From NCBI GenBank assembly GCA_016787525.1, contig JAEUUP010000027.1:3058-67057 (forward strand): DNA of 64,000 nucleotides, in the 5' to 3' direction. The notes below the pieces were generated by a model. That model did no database searches, had not been told where the DNA came from, and worked only from the letters and a program-made list of their open reading frames with translations. This DNA comes from Saprospiraceae bacterium (GTDB taxonomy: Bacteria; Bacteroidota; Bacteroidia; Chitinophagales; Saprospiraceae). Shown piece by piece: positions 48,887-60,503 of the stretch (position 1 is its first letter; each line of letters starts with the position of its first letter). The position numbers and the translations under genes were made by a program.

Positions 48887-51800
48887 ATGAAGAAGTTTAT
48901 ATTATTCTCTCTTTTTTTGGCATTTTCTTTCTCAAAATCTTTGTCCCAATCGTCAACGACAAAGCCTGCGGCGGCGGCGGTTACAAAGCCCGCTTTGACG
49001 GAAACACCCGCGGAGTTTTTGAAAAAGTTGGAGACTTACGTGACATACAGCCAGCAGCAACAATCTATTTCGACCTTCAAAGCCTTTGAGACGAAGTTCA
49101 AAGGTGGTGCTTTTACGGACGAAGAGCAGACTCGACTGATGACGATTTGTAATGATATGCTGACTTTGAAATTGAACTCAACACCTTATTTTACGGACTT
49201 CTTGCACAGTGCAACGGCGGTGGAGTCAGGCGGTAAGGAATCGCGTTTCGAGAAATGGTTGACGGTGTTAGAACCCATGATAGCCGATGCGATGCAGATA
49301 CGGAAGTTCGAGCCGATAAGACGCTTTTTGGAGTTTTCGACTGATTTCTTCGACCACAATGCCTTGTTCTACGGCACGAATAGCATCAACTGGTATGTGG
49401 ACAATCGCGACTATGTTTGGAAATCGAACAAGGGTATCCCCTCAGTATCGTGGGACAAATTGACAATCAAGGCGGTCTATAAAAAGGATTCGATAGAGAT
49501 AAAAAATACAAAAGGGACGTTTTTCCCAGTGTCGAACCAATGGGAAGGAAGTGGCGCGATAGTGAATTGGGAGCGATTCAAGAACAATGAAATTGAATGC
49601 AAGCTGGGCGATTATTCGATAGATGTGTCGAAAGGTTTTTACAGGGCGGAAAAAGCGTTGTTGAAGTATCCTGCTTTGTTTCCCGACAAAGATATAGAAG
49701 GCGTGTTTGAAGACAAAGTGAACTTCGGCAATGCGACAGTTGAAAACACCTATCCGCGATTCGAATCGTATGAAAAGCGTTTGAAATTGAGCAGTATTGG
49801 TAAAAACATCCAATATCAAGGGGGCTTTCGACTCTATGGCATGACGGTTTTTGGCTACGGTACAAAGGACGAAAAAGCGAATTTGATGATTAACGACAGC
49901 AAGAAAGGTCATCGCGCATTCCGCTCGACCTCAGAGCTTTATGTGATTCGCAAAGGCGAAAGCATTTTGTCCGAAAGCTCCGAAGCGGTCATCTACTTTG
50001 GTTCGGATTCAATTTACCACCCCTCAGTAAATTTGAAGATGAATGTGGCTGAGAACATTTTGATGCTCGACAGAGGCGAGCGAGCGAGCCAACGCAACCC
50101 GTTCTTCAATTCGTATCACCAAGTGAATATGGTGATGAGCAAGATAAAATGGTATATTGACAAGGACTCCATCATTTTGGGCGACAAACAACCGGGTTAT
50201 GGCATCAACAGCAATAATGCTTTGTTTGAATCTCTAAAGTTTTTCAGCGAACCCGACTTCCGCAAGTTTCAGAATATTTCGACACGCAATCCCGTTTCAG
50301 TCTTGAAGATGTACAGCGACCAAGTGCAGAAGCGCATTCTGAATGCCGACGATGCTGTTCGCCAAATCAACCCGAAGATGGACGCGGGCATGGTTCAAAG
50401 TCTTTTATACGAGTTAGTATCCAATGGTTTTGTGAATTACGATGCTGAAAAGAACATTTTGGAACTCAAAGACAAGGTTTTCCACTATTCGTTAGCCAAT
50501 CAGAAAAAAGTAGATTACGATGTACTTAGGGTTTCATCCGAAACCATCAAAGAAAATTCCAATTTCTTTTTGTTGGACACCACAATCCGCATCAACGGTG
50601 TCAAAGGAGTCGAATTGAGTAACAAACAGAAAATCAGAGTTGTCCCACGCAACGAAGAAGTGATCTTGAAACGCAATCGCGACTTCGACTTCGATGGTCG
50701 GATGCACGCAGGCTTTTCAATTTTTTACGGCAAGAAATTCCATTTCAACTACGACCATTTCGATGTGACGATAGACTCAGTGCGGTATCTCGACTTGTAT
50801 CTTAAAACAGGTGAAGACCAGTACAAACGACCGATAGCGTCGGCCATCAATTCCCGCTTGGAGCATCTCAGTGGTGTGCTGTTGATAGATGCGCCGAACA
50901 ACAAATCGGGACGAGAAGATGTGAAAATTATGCCTTCGTTTCAGTCCAAAAACCACAGTTATGTCTTCTACGATGCACCTGAAAACCAAGATGGGGTTTA
51001 CAAAAGAGATTCATTTTATTTCAAGTTGGACAAATTCAATCTCGACGGTTTGGACAGCTTGGACAGAAAGCAATTGAATTTTAAGGGGACGATGGTTTCG
51101 ACGAATATCTTTCCTGATTTTAGAGAGACACTGATGTTGCAACCCGATTCATCGCTGGGTTTCATAACGCCTTCGCCTACTGAGGGGTATCCTTTGTACA
51201 GTGCAAAAGGTAATTTCAAAGGTGACATAATGTTGAACAATAAAGGTTTTTTTGGCAAAGGCTCTGTCAAATACCTCGATGCCACTATTGAGTCACAAGA
51301 CGTTGTTTTCAGACCCAAACAGATGGGTGCCAGTGCGAAAAGCTTTTTCTTAGCAGAGAACCGCCCCAAAAACACACCTCAAGTGGTGGCTCCAGGTGTT
51401 GAAATTGACTGGCGACCCAGTCGTGACTCGATGTATCTGACTTCAAAGGATTCCGCGTTTAAGATATACCCCGAAGGCAATTATTCGATGCGCAACACCA
51501 TTATCTTAACGCCAAGTGGTGTGAAAGGCATAGGCACTTTTGAATGGGAAAAGGGCTATTTGAAGTCGAAGCTGTTCTCTTTTGGCGCGCACTCGGTTGC
51601 AGCCGATACGATGTCGCTCAGTATCCGAGCTTTATCGAATGTATCGGACCAGTTGGCGTTGGACACACGTAATGTCAGAGGCAAAATTGATTTTGACAAG
51701 CAAATCGGTAATTTCAAATCCAATTCGGAGGATGTGATGACCTATATGCCAGGTATCAAATACAAAACAACCATCAACGAGTTCGATTGGGATTTGCAGA

Positions 51801-53431
51801 CCGAGAATATTGATTTCCACTCCGACGGCAAACCTGCTTACTTTTTGAGTGTGGACAAAGAGCAAGACTCACTGTATTTCTTCGGATTGAAAGCCTCTTA
51901 CGACTTGAAATCTAATATTTTGAAAGTGCGTGGCGTTGACCATATCAAAACCTGCGATGCATTTGTCTATCCCGACTCCAACAAGACCCAAGTCGAATTG
52001 GGCGGCAAGATGTCCACTCTGATGAATGCCCGCATCGTTTGCGATACCTTGACGAAGCATCACGTCATCAACCGCGCCACAGTCAATATAAAAGGACGCA
52101 AAGACTACACCGCCAACGGCTTTTATGAATACAACGTGGCTGGCAAAAATCAAGAAATCAAGTTCGACAATATTATTGGTCAGCCAGTTGGCACAGGTTA
52201 TCGCTACCAAAAGCGGACTGAAACCTCTGCCACAGGTACAGTCAAAGCTGAAGATGATTTTTTGATAGACAACAAAACGACGTTTAAAGGGACAATCGCT
52301 CTGTCATCGGGTTCAAAGAATCTGCGGTTCGAGGGTTTTGCGCGGTTCGAGCATGAAAACTTGCCAAACCGCCAGTGGTTCAGTATCAACTCCTATGCCG
52401 ACAAATCTGACTTGGCTTTGCGCTACAATGTACCGAAAAACGAAGAAGGGACACCGCTCTACACAGGCATCTACATCAGCAAAGAGAACGCGCAAGCTTA
52501 TCCACGCGCCATGATGTCTTTGTCTTTTGCCAAAGACCGCCCTGTGATAGAGGTGAAAGGTATCTTTAAGTACAACGCAGGTACAGATCAAATCACATTT
52601 GGCGACTCACTCAAAGTGCGAGGTTCGTCGTTGCAAGGCAACAAAATGATTTATGACAACCGCACAGGCGTTGTCAACTGTGAAGGCAAGTTTTCAATCG
52701 GCGCAGGTCTGCAACACATCAAAGTCACTGCTGCAGGAACCGCTCGCACCAAATTCCTATCGCCCAGCGAAGAACAAAGAGACTCAAACGGCATCAAAGG
52801 CAGCCCCCTCAGTATAGAAGTGATGGCAGCACTCCAAATGTACATCCCCGACAAACTCTTGAAAATCATGGCTGCTGACATACAAGCAGGTACATTCGAT
52901 GCACCTGACACCGATTACAAAAAAGATGATTTTGCCGAAAAAGCGTTGGCAGAGTTTATTACTGACGAAAAGGATTATAAAAAAATCGTGACCGAAATGA
53001 AAGAAAAAACATTGGATTTGCCCGACAAATACAATAAAAACAGCTTTTTCTTCAGTCGCATGTCCATGCGTTGGAACTCCGAACTACAAAGTTTTGTCAG
53101 CTACGGTTCAAAAGCAGACTTGAACAGCGTTTTAGGTATTCCTATCAACAAAAAAGTAACAGCTTGGGTTGAATTCAAACAGCCATCCAACAACGACGAC
53201 CGCGTCTATGTCTATATCAAAACAGCCAACGACTTTTTCTACTTCTTTGGCTATCAAAAAGGCGTATTAGGCATGGCTTCGACCAACCCGAAAATGGAAG
53301 AAGAGTTCAACAAAATCAAACCCAAAGAGCGCATTGCCAAAACAGAAACTGGCACAATCGAACTTCAATGGGAAGATGCTGGCAAAGGCGAGATGTTTGT
53401 GCGTCGCGTACAAGGGGCACAAGGCAAATAG
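48887..53431 (+). CDS. Very large (~1515 aa) secreted/outer-membrane-associated hypothetical protein, possibly AsmA/TamB-like
   Basis: Uninterrupted 4.5-kb ORF with an N-terminal signal/anchor (MKKFILFSLFLAFSFS) and beta-rich composition. The family assignment is a guess. Confidence 0.45.
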   Translation: MKKFILFSLFLAFSFSKSLSQSSTTKPAAAAVTKPALTETPAEFLKKLETYVTYSQQQQSISTFKAFETKFKGGAFTDEEQTRLMTICNDMLTLKLNSTPYFTDFLHSATAVESGGKESRFEKWLTVLEPMIADAMQIRKFEPIRRFLEFSTDFFDHNALFYGTNSINWYVDNRDYVWKSNKGIPSVSWDKLTIKAVYKKDSIEIKNTKGTFFPVSNQWEGSGAIVNWERFKNNEIECKLGDYSIDVSKGFYRAEKALLKYPALFPDKDIEGVFEDKVNFGNATVENTYPRFESYEKRLKLSSIGKNIQYQGGFRLYGMTVFGYGTKDEKANLMINDSKKGHRAFRSTSELYVIRKGESILSESSEAVIYFGSDSIYHPSVNLKMNVAENILMLDRGERASQRNPFFNSYHQVNMVMSKIKWYIDKDSIILGDKQPGYGINSNNALFESLKFFSEPDFRKFQNISTRNPVSVLKMYSDQVQKRILNADDAVRQINPKMDAGMVQSLLYELVSNGFVNYDAEKNILELKDKVFHYSLANQKKVDYDVLRVSSETIKENSNFFLLDTTIRINGVKGVELSNKQKIRVVPRNEEVILKRNRDFDFDGRMHAGFSIFYGKKFHFNYDHFDVTIDSVRYLDLYLKTGEDQYKRPIASAINSRLEHLSGVLLIDAPNNKSGREDVKIMPSFQSKNHSYVFYDAPENQDGVYKRDSFYFKLDKFNLDGLDSLDRKQLNFKGTMVSTNIFPDFRETLMLQPDSSLGFITPSPTEGYPLYSAKGNFKGDIMLNNKGFFGKGSVKYLDATIESQDVVFRPKQMGASAKSFFLAENRPKNTPQVVAPGVEIDWRPSRDSMYLTSKDSAFKIYPEGNYSMRNTIILTPSGVKGIGTFEWEKGYLKSKLFSFGAHSVAADTMSLSIRALSNVSDQLALDTRNVRGKIDFDKQIGNFKSNSEDVMTYMPGIKYKTTINEFDWDLQTENIDFHSDGKPAYFLSVDKEQDSLYFFGLKASYDLKSNILKVRGVDHIKTCDAFVYPDSNKTQVELGGKMSTLMNARIVCDTLTKHHVINRATVNIKGRKDYTANGFYEYNVAGKNQEIKFDNIIGQPVGTGYRYQKRTETSATGTVKAEDDFLIDNKTTFKGTIALSSGSKNLRFEGFARFEHENLPNRQWFSINSYADKSDLALRYNVPKNEEGTPLYTGIYISKENAQAYPRAMMSLSFAKDRPVIEVKGIFKYNAGTDQITFGDSLKVRGSSLQGNKMIYDNRTGVVNCEGKFSIGAGLQHIKVTAAGTARTKFLSPSEEQRDSNGIKGSPLSIEVMAALQMYIPDKLLKIMAADIQAGTFDAPDTDYKKDDFAEKALAEFITDEKDYKKIVTEMKEKTLDLPDKYNKNSFFFSRMSMRWNSELQSFVSYGSKADLNSVLGIPINKKVTAWVEFKQPSNNDDRVYVYIKTANDFFYFFGYQKGVLGMASTNPKMEEEFNKIKPKERIAKTETGTIELQWEDAGKGEMFVRRVQGAQGK

Positions 53432-53442
53432 AATAGTGCTTT

Positions 53443-53474
53443 TACTGAGGGGTGGATTAATCTACCCCTCAGTA
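53443..53474. terminator. Inverted motif pair hairpin (TACTGAGGGGTGGA-ttaa-TCTACCCCTCAGTA) 12 nt after the stop of the large ORF
   Basis: Directly visible palindrome. Confidence 0.5.
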
Positions 53475-53482
53475 TATCAAAA

Positions 53483-54103
53483 TCACTGAATCGGATAACA
53501 CGTATATTCCCCTCGTTCTTCGGCTTCGTGTGAAGAAAGGTCAAATGAGATGTACTGACCATAGCCAAAACTCAAACCTTGTTTTTCCCATTTTTCCCTA
53601 TCAGGACACACCGAAGCCGCCAATCTCAAGTTCCGTGTATCTAAAGGAGTCATATAAATCAGCTTATTCTGTTCAAAACGCATCTCCGTTTCGTACCTCG
53701 CTTCGTGGACGGGTTTTCGATTTTTCAGGTCATAAATAAGCAGCGAACGACCATTCGGTCCAGTGCCATTGTCCACAAACATCAAATTGTCTTTGATGCC
53801 ATAAAAATGGTGTGCATCAATATTCTCAATCCAAAAGGTATCTTTCACCCCCTCAGTAAAAACATAAATTTCCTCGCCAACACCTTCTTCTGAAAGCACT
53901 GTTTTTATTTTATGTTTGGCATAACTATAATTTCGCCCCGTCGTTGTTTCTTCGCATTTAGCTGATTCGCAACCTTTTATGCCCACAAGCGTATCGCGTT
54001 GAGCCGTTGCTACCGAAGACTTAGATGACGCTGTTTGACTTTTATTTTGACCGCAAGCGGAAATAAAAAGCGTGGACAAAAACAGTAAGATTAGATTTTT
54101 CAT
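53483..54103 (-). CDS. Hypothetical lipoprotein
   Basis: 206 aa. Signal peptide plus ISACG lipobox. Confidence 0.4.
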   Translation of the reverse strand: MKNLILLFLSTLFISACGQNKSQTASSKSSVATAQRDTLVGIKGCESAKCEETTTGRNYSYAKHKIKTVLSEEGVGEEIYVFTEGVKDTFWIENIDAHHFYGIKDNLMFVDNGTGPNGRSLLIYDLKNRKPVHEARYETEMRFEQNKLIYMTPLDTRNLRLAASVCPDREKWEKQGLSFGYGQYISFDLSSHEAEERGEYTCYPIQ

Positions 54104-54299
54104 ACGATTGAATTATGCAATGAATGTATAATGAATGGACAAAATAAACGAACCATCCAGAAACAAACGACCATTCTGCTCTTTAAATGTAAAAAAAGTC
54201 TGAGTTTTTTGATTTTGCGGCACGATATTCTTGCTTGAAAGATAATTTTTTTATTATTGCAAATTCATAAAAGAGATAAAGACAGCACAACTAAATTTT

Positions 54300-56423
54300 A
54301 TGCAAAAGGAAACAGAAGAACAATTAGCTATCAACGAAATAGAAGAAATTCACACAATACCTTTTATCCAAAGAGATAGAAGTTGGTTGAGCTTCAATCA
54401 TCGTGTTTTGCAAGAAGCCAAAGACCCGATTGTGCCATTGATGGAAAAAATCAAGTTTTTGGCGATATACTCATCCAATCTCGATGAGTTTTTCCGCGTC
54501 AGAGTGGCTCAACACCGCAGTTTGATTCGTCTTTCTAAAAAAACGAAAAAGGAATTGGACTACAATCCTAAAAAAACACTCAAGTCACTTCTGCGTATTG
54601 TGAACGAACAACAAATGGAGTTCAGCCGTATTTTTATGGAAGAAATCATCCCCGGCTTGCGCGAACACAATATTTTCCTGATGCGTCGGCTCGATTTGAG
54701 CAAAGAACAAAATGCCTTCGTCGAGTCTTATTTTCAAGAGAATCTACTGCCGTTTGTTCAGCCCGTTATACTTGTCAAAGACAAAATTCGCTTTTTTTTG
54801 AACAATGCGGCTTTGTATTTGGCCGTTGCTTTGGTTTCAAAAGACAGTTATACATCCAAAACGGAATACGCTATTGTCAAAATCCCAAGCGATTTTTTAC
54901 CGCGATTCATCGAATTGCCCTCGAAAAGTGGGCGACATGAGGTGATGATGCTCGACGACATCGTGCGTCATTCTGTTGCTTGGTTATTTCCTGGCTACGA
55001 CATCATTGACACCTATTCCATCAAGTTGACACGCGATGCAGAACTCTATATTGACGATGAATTTACAGGTAACTTGATTCAAAAAGTGAAATCGAGTCTC
55101 CAAAAACGGAATGTCGGTCCCGCCTCTCGATTCGTTTATGACCGCACCATTCCGCAACAATTTCTCGATTTTTTGAGCAATACTTTTGACCTCGAAAAGA
55201 CCGATATGTTGCCCGAAGGTCGCTACCACAACAATTTCGACTTTTTCAAATTTCCCGATTTCGGTTTATCGCAACTCAAATACAAATCCCTGCCACCGCA
55301 GAAATACCCTGCTTTGGAAGATGCAGAAGACTTTTTCAACGTCTTTTCGGAACGCGACCACTTGTTGCATTTCCCTTACCAAAGTTATGAGTCCGTCATC
55401 CGTTTCTTTGAAGCCGCCGCAGAGGACCCCTCAGTATCGCACATCAAAATTGTGCAATATCGGGTTGCCAAAAAAAGTCGCATCATGCGTGCTTTGATGA
55501 AAGCAGTTGAAAATGGCAAACAAGTCTCCGTTTTCATTGAAGTAAAAGCGCGATTTGACGAAGAAGCCAATATAAAATGGGGCGAAGCTCTGCAAAAAGC
55601 GGGTGTTGCGGTCTATTATTCGATGCCAGGCATCAAAGTTCACTCAAAATTGGCTTTGGTGAGTCGCAAAGAAGGTCGAAAAGAAAAACTCTACGCCTAC
55701 CTCGGCACGGGCAACTTCAATGAAGATACCGCTAAGGTTTATTCCGATTTGTGCATTTTCACCACCGACGAACGTTTGACTAAGGAAATTGCCCGCGTTT
55801 TCCGCTATTTAGAAACGGCCAACAAAGAAGGCATACAACCTTTCAAACATCTTTTAGTCGGACAATTCAATCTGCGGGAAGGTTTGGTTGCAAAAATTGA
55901 CCGCGAAATCGCCTTTGCCAAAGCAGGAAAGCCCGCTTCGATGATATTGAAAATGAACAGTTTATCCGATACGGATATGATTACAAAACTCTACGAAGCT
56001 TCTCAGGCAGGCGTTAAAATCAAAATCATCACGCGTGGTATTTGCTCGCTTGTACCGAACGTCAAAGGTTTTAGCGAAAACATAGAAATCATCAGTATTG
56101 TAGATAGATTTTTGGAACATGCCCGCGTTTTCATTTTCAATAACGGTGGCAAAGAAGAAATTTACCTATCCAGTGCCGATTGGATGACTCGAAATTTGTC
56201 GCATCGCGTTGAAACGTCTTTTCCGATTTATGATGCAAAATTGCGGCAAATCATCAGACAAGTCATTGATTATCAACTCAATGATAATGTAAAAGCCCGC
56301 ATCCTCAATGAAGAACAAGACAATTCTTATCGCAAAGACGAAAGTGAAATCGCTGTACGAGCGCAAATTGAAACTTATTATTATTTCATGCGACTCAACA
56401 GTGCAACCCTACCCCCTCAGTAA
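54300..56423 (+). CDS. ppk: Polyphosphate kinase 1
   Basis: 707 aa. ...RDRSWLSFNHRVLQEA...AIYSSNLDEFFRVRV... is the PPK1 N-domain, and two PLD-like C-terminal domains follow. Confidence 0.85.
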   Translation: MQKETEEQLAINEIEEIHTIPFIQRDRSWLSFNHRVLQEAKDPIVPLMEKIKFLAIYSSNLDEFFRVRVAQHRSLIRLSKKTKKELDYNPKKTLKSLLRIVNEQQMEFSRIFMEEIIPGLREHNIFLMRRLDLSKEQNAFVESYFQENLLPFVQPVILVKDKIRFFLNNAALYLAVALVSKDSYTSKTEYAIVKIPSDFLPRFIELPSKSGRHEVMMLDDIVRHSVAWLFPGYDIIDTYSIKLTRDAELYIDDEFTGNLIQKVKSSLQKRNVGPASRFVYDRTIPQQFLDFLSNTFDLEKTDMLPEGRYHNNFDFFKFPDFGLSQLKYKSLPPQKYPALEDAEDFFNVFSERDHLLHFPYQSYESVIRFFEAAAEDPSVSHIKIVQYRVAKKSRIMRALMKAVENGKQVSVFIEVKARFDEEANIKWGEALQKAGVAVYYSMPGIKVHSKLALVSRKEGRKEKLYAYLGTGNFNEDTAKVYSDLCIFTTDERLTKEIARVFRYLETANKEGIQPFKHLLVGQFNLREGLVAKIDREIAFAKAGKPASMILKMNSLSDTDMITKLYEASQAGVKIKIITRGICSLVPNVKGFSENIEIISIVDRFLEHARVFIFNNGGKEEIYLSSADWMTRNLSHRVETSFPIYDAKLRQIIRQVIDYQLNDNVKARILNEEQDNSYRKDESEIAVRAQIETYYYFMRLNSATLPPQ

Positions 56424-56512
56424 AAACCGCTGAAAACGAATATGAGCGCCATCCCACATCGCCGTGAGATGGCTCATATTCATTTATTCGAGGTGAAATA
56501 CCGTTTATTTTT

Positions 56513-59089
56513 CTACATTTTCACCAATTTCAAAGGCATTTTCTCTTTCTGAACAATGAAATAAATGCCTTTGGGCAATTGCCTCACGTCAAAAAACAGT
56601 TGATTTTTCCCCATTTCCAATCTGCGATTTTCGGAGTAAACAGCTTTGCCAAAAGAGTCGGTAATGGTGAAAAGCGTATTTTGCGCGACGACACTTTCCA
56701 CCTCCATTTGAACAAAATCTGTACTGGGATTAGGTGTCAAACGTTGCGGCGAAAAAGATACAGGATAGACCGAAACTGTCGCACTATTGTTCGATTCAAT
56801 CAAATCTGCTGGCGTTGAAGCCAACAATTTGGTCGTACCTACAAGCGGCGGTGTCAAATTGAGTACAAAAATAGGCACTGTCAGAGTCGCCGTCCCACGG
56901 GCTGCCAAAGTCGGAATACTCCACGTAAAACAAGGTACACCACCAGCACACCATTCGCTCCACGTTCCTACTGAGGGGGTCGCTGTGCCACCGTTTGCCG
57001 TAAATTCGGGGTATTTAAACATTATTCTCACATCGCTAAAAGGCTGATTTCCTGCATTTTTTGCGGTAATGATAAAGTCAATATTTTTATACGGTTGATA
57101 GTGCGATGGCGTTGTCGCTATACTCAAAACAATGTCAGGCGCATCAAAATTCGGGTCTTGCAACACCCGCACCGTAAACCCACACGTCGAAGCATTGCGT
57201 GCCAAGTCATAGGCTGTCACCGTCACATCCGTTGCGCCCACAGGCAATTTTATGTCGGGCAAAACATTTTCCCCATTTGGCAAAGCATAAATAAGTGTGA
57301 TGTGTTCACAAGCATCGCTGACTGAGGGGGTCGGCAACGTGACCAAAGCAGAGTCTTGACTGGTTGGTATTGTCACAATCAAGTTGGCGGGGCAGGTGAT
57401 CCTGGGCTTGGTCGTGTCATTTTCGCAAGGGTCAACTCCTGCGATGATGTTGATGGCATAATCTTCCACTTCGCCCTTATCGAAGGTCTCGCAGGCTGTG
57501 GGATAGCTGCCATTTTTCAAACTGACACGCATTAGAGTTGTGCCAAGTCCAGCTGTATTGGGTATAAATACATTGGTTGTCAATGGATTAGCATTGTTTT
57601 GTTCCAATACTTTTTCGCTGTCTTCAAAAATTCGGTTTTGATTAAAATCAATCCATACTCGACAGTAAGCGTTGGGCAAATTGCCTATCCAACTCAAAGC
57701 AGGCGTGATACTGAGGGGGTAAGTCCGATTGGTCGCAATCGTCGTCGAAAGGTTGGTATAGTCCGAATAACCCAGCGTAGCAAAGTCTTTAAACTTGTCG
57801 CTCGAATTGTTGATGCTGTCAAAACGCACGTTTGCAATCCACAATTCCCAAGGCGTATTGCTTTTAGAGGGGCAATATTTTTCGGTCAAGGTCGGAAATT
57901 TGTTCCTATAAAAATAAATGGTATTGCCTGAGCCACCCACCATCGCAAAACCGCCATTGAGGGTTTCCATCATATTGGTCGCTTGCGTCAAACCTGTTTG
58001 TTCTGGCACAACGATACTGTCCAATTGCGCGCCTGTGCGACCACTCAATTTGCGTACAATCGTCCCTTTTTGAGTTTCGACCAAAACATTGCCGTCGCGT
58101 TGCATCGTTATTGCGCCTGCATACTGCAATTTAGTCCCATTGCATAGTTGCCCTTTGCGCTCAAAAGTCCACAAAGTATCACCAAAAGCATTGAATTTAA
58201 ATACTTTATAACTGGCTTCCTCACACGCAGCTGTTTTTGAAACATACGTCAACAGCACCAATAAATTGCCATTTTCGGCGGGGTAAACATTGTGGTATTG
58301 GCCTTCTGTCGCACTCGATAGGCTGGCTTTGTGCCACAGATAATTACCATTTGTATCCAAACGTACCACCACCGCGCCGTCTCCATTGCCCATACCGCAG
58401 TTTGTTGCGGGTTCTTTCGTTGTGTATTCAAAATAGTAGCCGCCATCGGTTGTTTGCCATATTTTATTGACTGGGATACGTTTATTGATGACAAAATCGC
58501 TACAATCGGAGCTATTTGAGCGTCTGATTTTGCTGTAAATCATGCCTTGGCTGACTACTTTTTGCCATTGTAAATTGCCCAACGAGTCCGTTTTTATCAA
58601 TTGCACTTTGTAAGTCGTGTCATTAGCGACCTGCGTTTCGCCGACAATCATAAAACCTTTGTCGCGAGTAGGCAAAACATAATTCCCAACATTGTCCATA
58701 CTGAGGGGGTATGTTTTTGACCAAATAGTGGTGTTGGTACGGCTTATTTTACTCAAAGTAATATCGCGGTTGGGTTCTGAACCTGTGGCACTGGTGATGG
58801 CATAGTAAATTGAATCGTAGCGATAACGCCCGCAACTGCCCACAAAATCGGTTTCTGCATTGAGAAAATTGCCTTGTGCATCTGTCCACACATAGGTGGC
58901 TTGGCTGTTGGCACTTGTGCAAGTATTGATAAGAAAATTTGCTCCGTTATTGAACTCACCCATCGCCGAAGTTTGGGCGGGAAAATTATAGGTTTTAAAA
59001 ATACCTGTGTTCTGAGCATACAAAAAGAAAGGAAAAATGGCGAGCATACTGAGGGGTACTCTGAAATAGACTAAACGTGAGAGACTCAT
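56513..59089 (-). CDS. Large secreted GEVED-domain protein with T9SS C-terminal sorting domain
   Basis: Signal peptide after the internal Met. CETFDKGEVEDYAINI motif. The C-terminal ~80 aa (…GIYFIVQKE…KLVKM) resembles Por_Secre_tail. Confidence 0.55.
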   Translation of the reverse strand: MSLSRLVYFRVPLSMLAIFPFFLYAQNTGIFKTYNFPAQTSAMGEFNNGANFLINTCTSANSQATYVWTDAQGNFLNAETDFVGSCGRYRYDSIYYAITSATGSEPNRDITLSKISRTNTTIWSKTYPLSMDNVGNYVLPTRDKGFMIVGETQVANDTTYKVQLIKTDSLGNLQWQKVVSQGMIYSKIRRSNSSDCSDFVINKRIPVNKIWQTTDGGYYFEYTTKEPATNCGMGNGDGAVVVRLDTNGNYLWHKASLSSATEGQYHNVYPAENGNLLVLLTYVSKTAACEEASYKVFKFNAFGDTLWTFERKGQLCNGTKLQYAGAITMQRDGNVLVETQKGTIVRKLSGRTGAQLDSIVVPEQTGLTQATNMMETLNGGFAMVGGSGNTIYFYRNKFPTLTEKYCPSKSNTPWELWIANVRFDSINNSSDKFKDFATLGYSDYTNLSTTIATNRTYPLSITPALSWIGNLPNAYCRVWIDFNQNRIFEDSEKVLEQNNANPLTTNVFIPNTAGLGTTLMRVSLKNGSYPTACETFDKGEVEDYAINIIAGVDPCENDTTKPRITCPANLIVTIPTSQDSALVTLPTPSVSDACEHITLIYALPNGENVLPDIKLPVGATDVTVTAYDLARNASTCGFTVRVLQDPNFDAPDIVLSIATTPSHYQPYKNIDFIITAKNAGNQPFSDVRIMFKYPEFTANGGTATPSVGTWSEWCAGGVPCFTWSIPTLAARGTATLTVPIFVLNLTPPLVGTTKLLASTPADLIESNNSATVSVYPVSFSPQRLTPNPSTDFVQMEVESVVAQNTLFTITDSFGKAVYSENRRLEMGKNQLFFDVRQLPKGIYFIVQKEKMPLKLVKM

Positions 59090-59371
59090 TTCGTTCGTTT
59101 TAAAAGTGAATGCTAATCGGTTTGTTTTAATACAAAAAATCAAAACACTTGATAAGCTACTGTTTATCAAATGTTTGCATCAATAAAATGAGTTTTTTGT
59201 TTGTACTAAAAATGTGATAAAAGTCTGTCTGTCGTTGATTCTATTTCTAATAGTGGCGCAAAATTATAAAATTCCGACTTGTTTGTATGACGAAAAAACA
59301 GGAAAATGTAACCCCAGAATATAATGCTGTGATATTTTCTTACTTTTGTTTTTTTACTAAAAAATCAAATC

Positions 59372-60445
59372 ATGACAATGCGAATCTTACCACTGCTCGT
59401 TATGCTCGTTCTCAGTTTTACAGCCTTGTCCCAAACAATGGGTAATGCCAACCAGCAAGTTTACAATACGTCCACTGCGGCAAATGTCCACAATCAGAAC
59501 CCAGTTAGCAATAATACGAATAACAATAAAAGAGTGGAGCTGCCCATCAATCTCTATCACAGCAACGTCAATCTGCAAGCGGAAATACTGTACAATGCTA
59601 AACCTTCGACCTATTTAGCCATTTTTGCGACTACACAAGAGGGTGAAAAAGCCGAAGATGTGGATAGAAACATGAATCAACGCATCGAAACTTTCAAGCG
59701 GGGTTTGACGGAAGCAGGTATTTCATCGAGTCAGGTTTTTGTGGATTTTATCAGTCTGATGCCCAAATACGAAATGCAAGTTGAGAAAAAGCGTTTTTCA
59801 AAAACAGCAAATGAAGTGCCGATTGGTTTTCAGTTGAAGAAGAACATTCATATCTCGTTCACTGATGGTAAGGTTTTGGACAAAATCATTTCGGCAGCTA
59901 CGGCAGCGGAAATCTATGATTTGGCAAAAGTAGAAGTGAGTATGAGTGACTCGAAAAAAGCCTTAGCTGAGTGCCGCGAAGAAGCAATGAAAATCATAAA
60001 AGAAAAAACAAAAGTGTTCGCAGATTTGGGTATCAAAACGACACCCCTCAGTATTGGGGATAATTTTGAGACTTACTATCCAAGCGAAAACTACGAATCA
60101 TATGTTGCGGCGGCATATGATTATAGTCAAGTCCAAAGCCAACAACAGTTCAAAGTAGGCAAAATAGCTGTGAAATATGCCAATAAAGACCGCACAGTGT
60201 TCTACTCTCGCTTGCCTTATGACCAGTTCGATACTGTCATCAATCCCGATTTTATAGAGCCTCCGATTCAGATTCACTACAAATTGATGGTACAATATCA
60301 AATTGAAAATATCGAACTCAAAACCAAGCGCGATGCAGACGAAGAACGTAACCGTCAACACAATGAGGTAGTCAGAAAAGATGAATTACGCATTCGAGAA
60401 CTCCAAGCTCAGAATCCGCCAAAAACGTGCTGCGATAAGAATTAG
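59372..60445 (+). CDS. Hypothetical secreted protein
   Basis: 357 aa. Signal peptide, Asn/Gln-rich N-terminus, and a C-terminal CC motif. Confidence 0.4.
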   Translation: MTMRILPLLVMLVLSFTALSQTMGNANQQVYNTSTAANVHNQNPVSNNTNNNKRVELPINLYHSNVNLQAEILYNAKPSTYLAIFATTQEGEKAEDVDRNMNQRIETFKRGLTEAGISSSQVFVDFISLMPKYEMQVEKKRFSKTANEVPIGFQLKKNIHISFTDGKVLDKIISAATAAEIYDLAKVEVSMSDSKKALAECREEAMKIIKEKTKVFADLGIKTTPLSIGDNFETYYPSENYESYVAAAYDYSQVQSQQQFKVGKIAVKYANKDRTVFYSRLPYDQFDTVINPDFIEPPIQIHYKLMVQYQIENIELKTKRDADEERNRQHNEVVRKDELRIRELQAQNPPKTCCDKN

Positions 60446-60503
60446 GGTAAAAAAGAGTGGATTTATAGTCTTACACACATAAACCCACTCCTTTTAGAAA
60501 AGC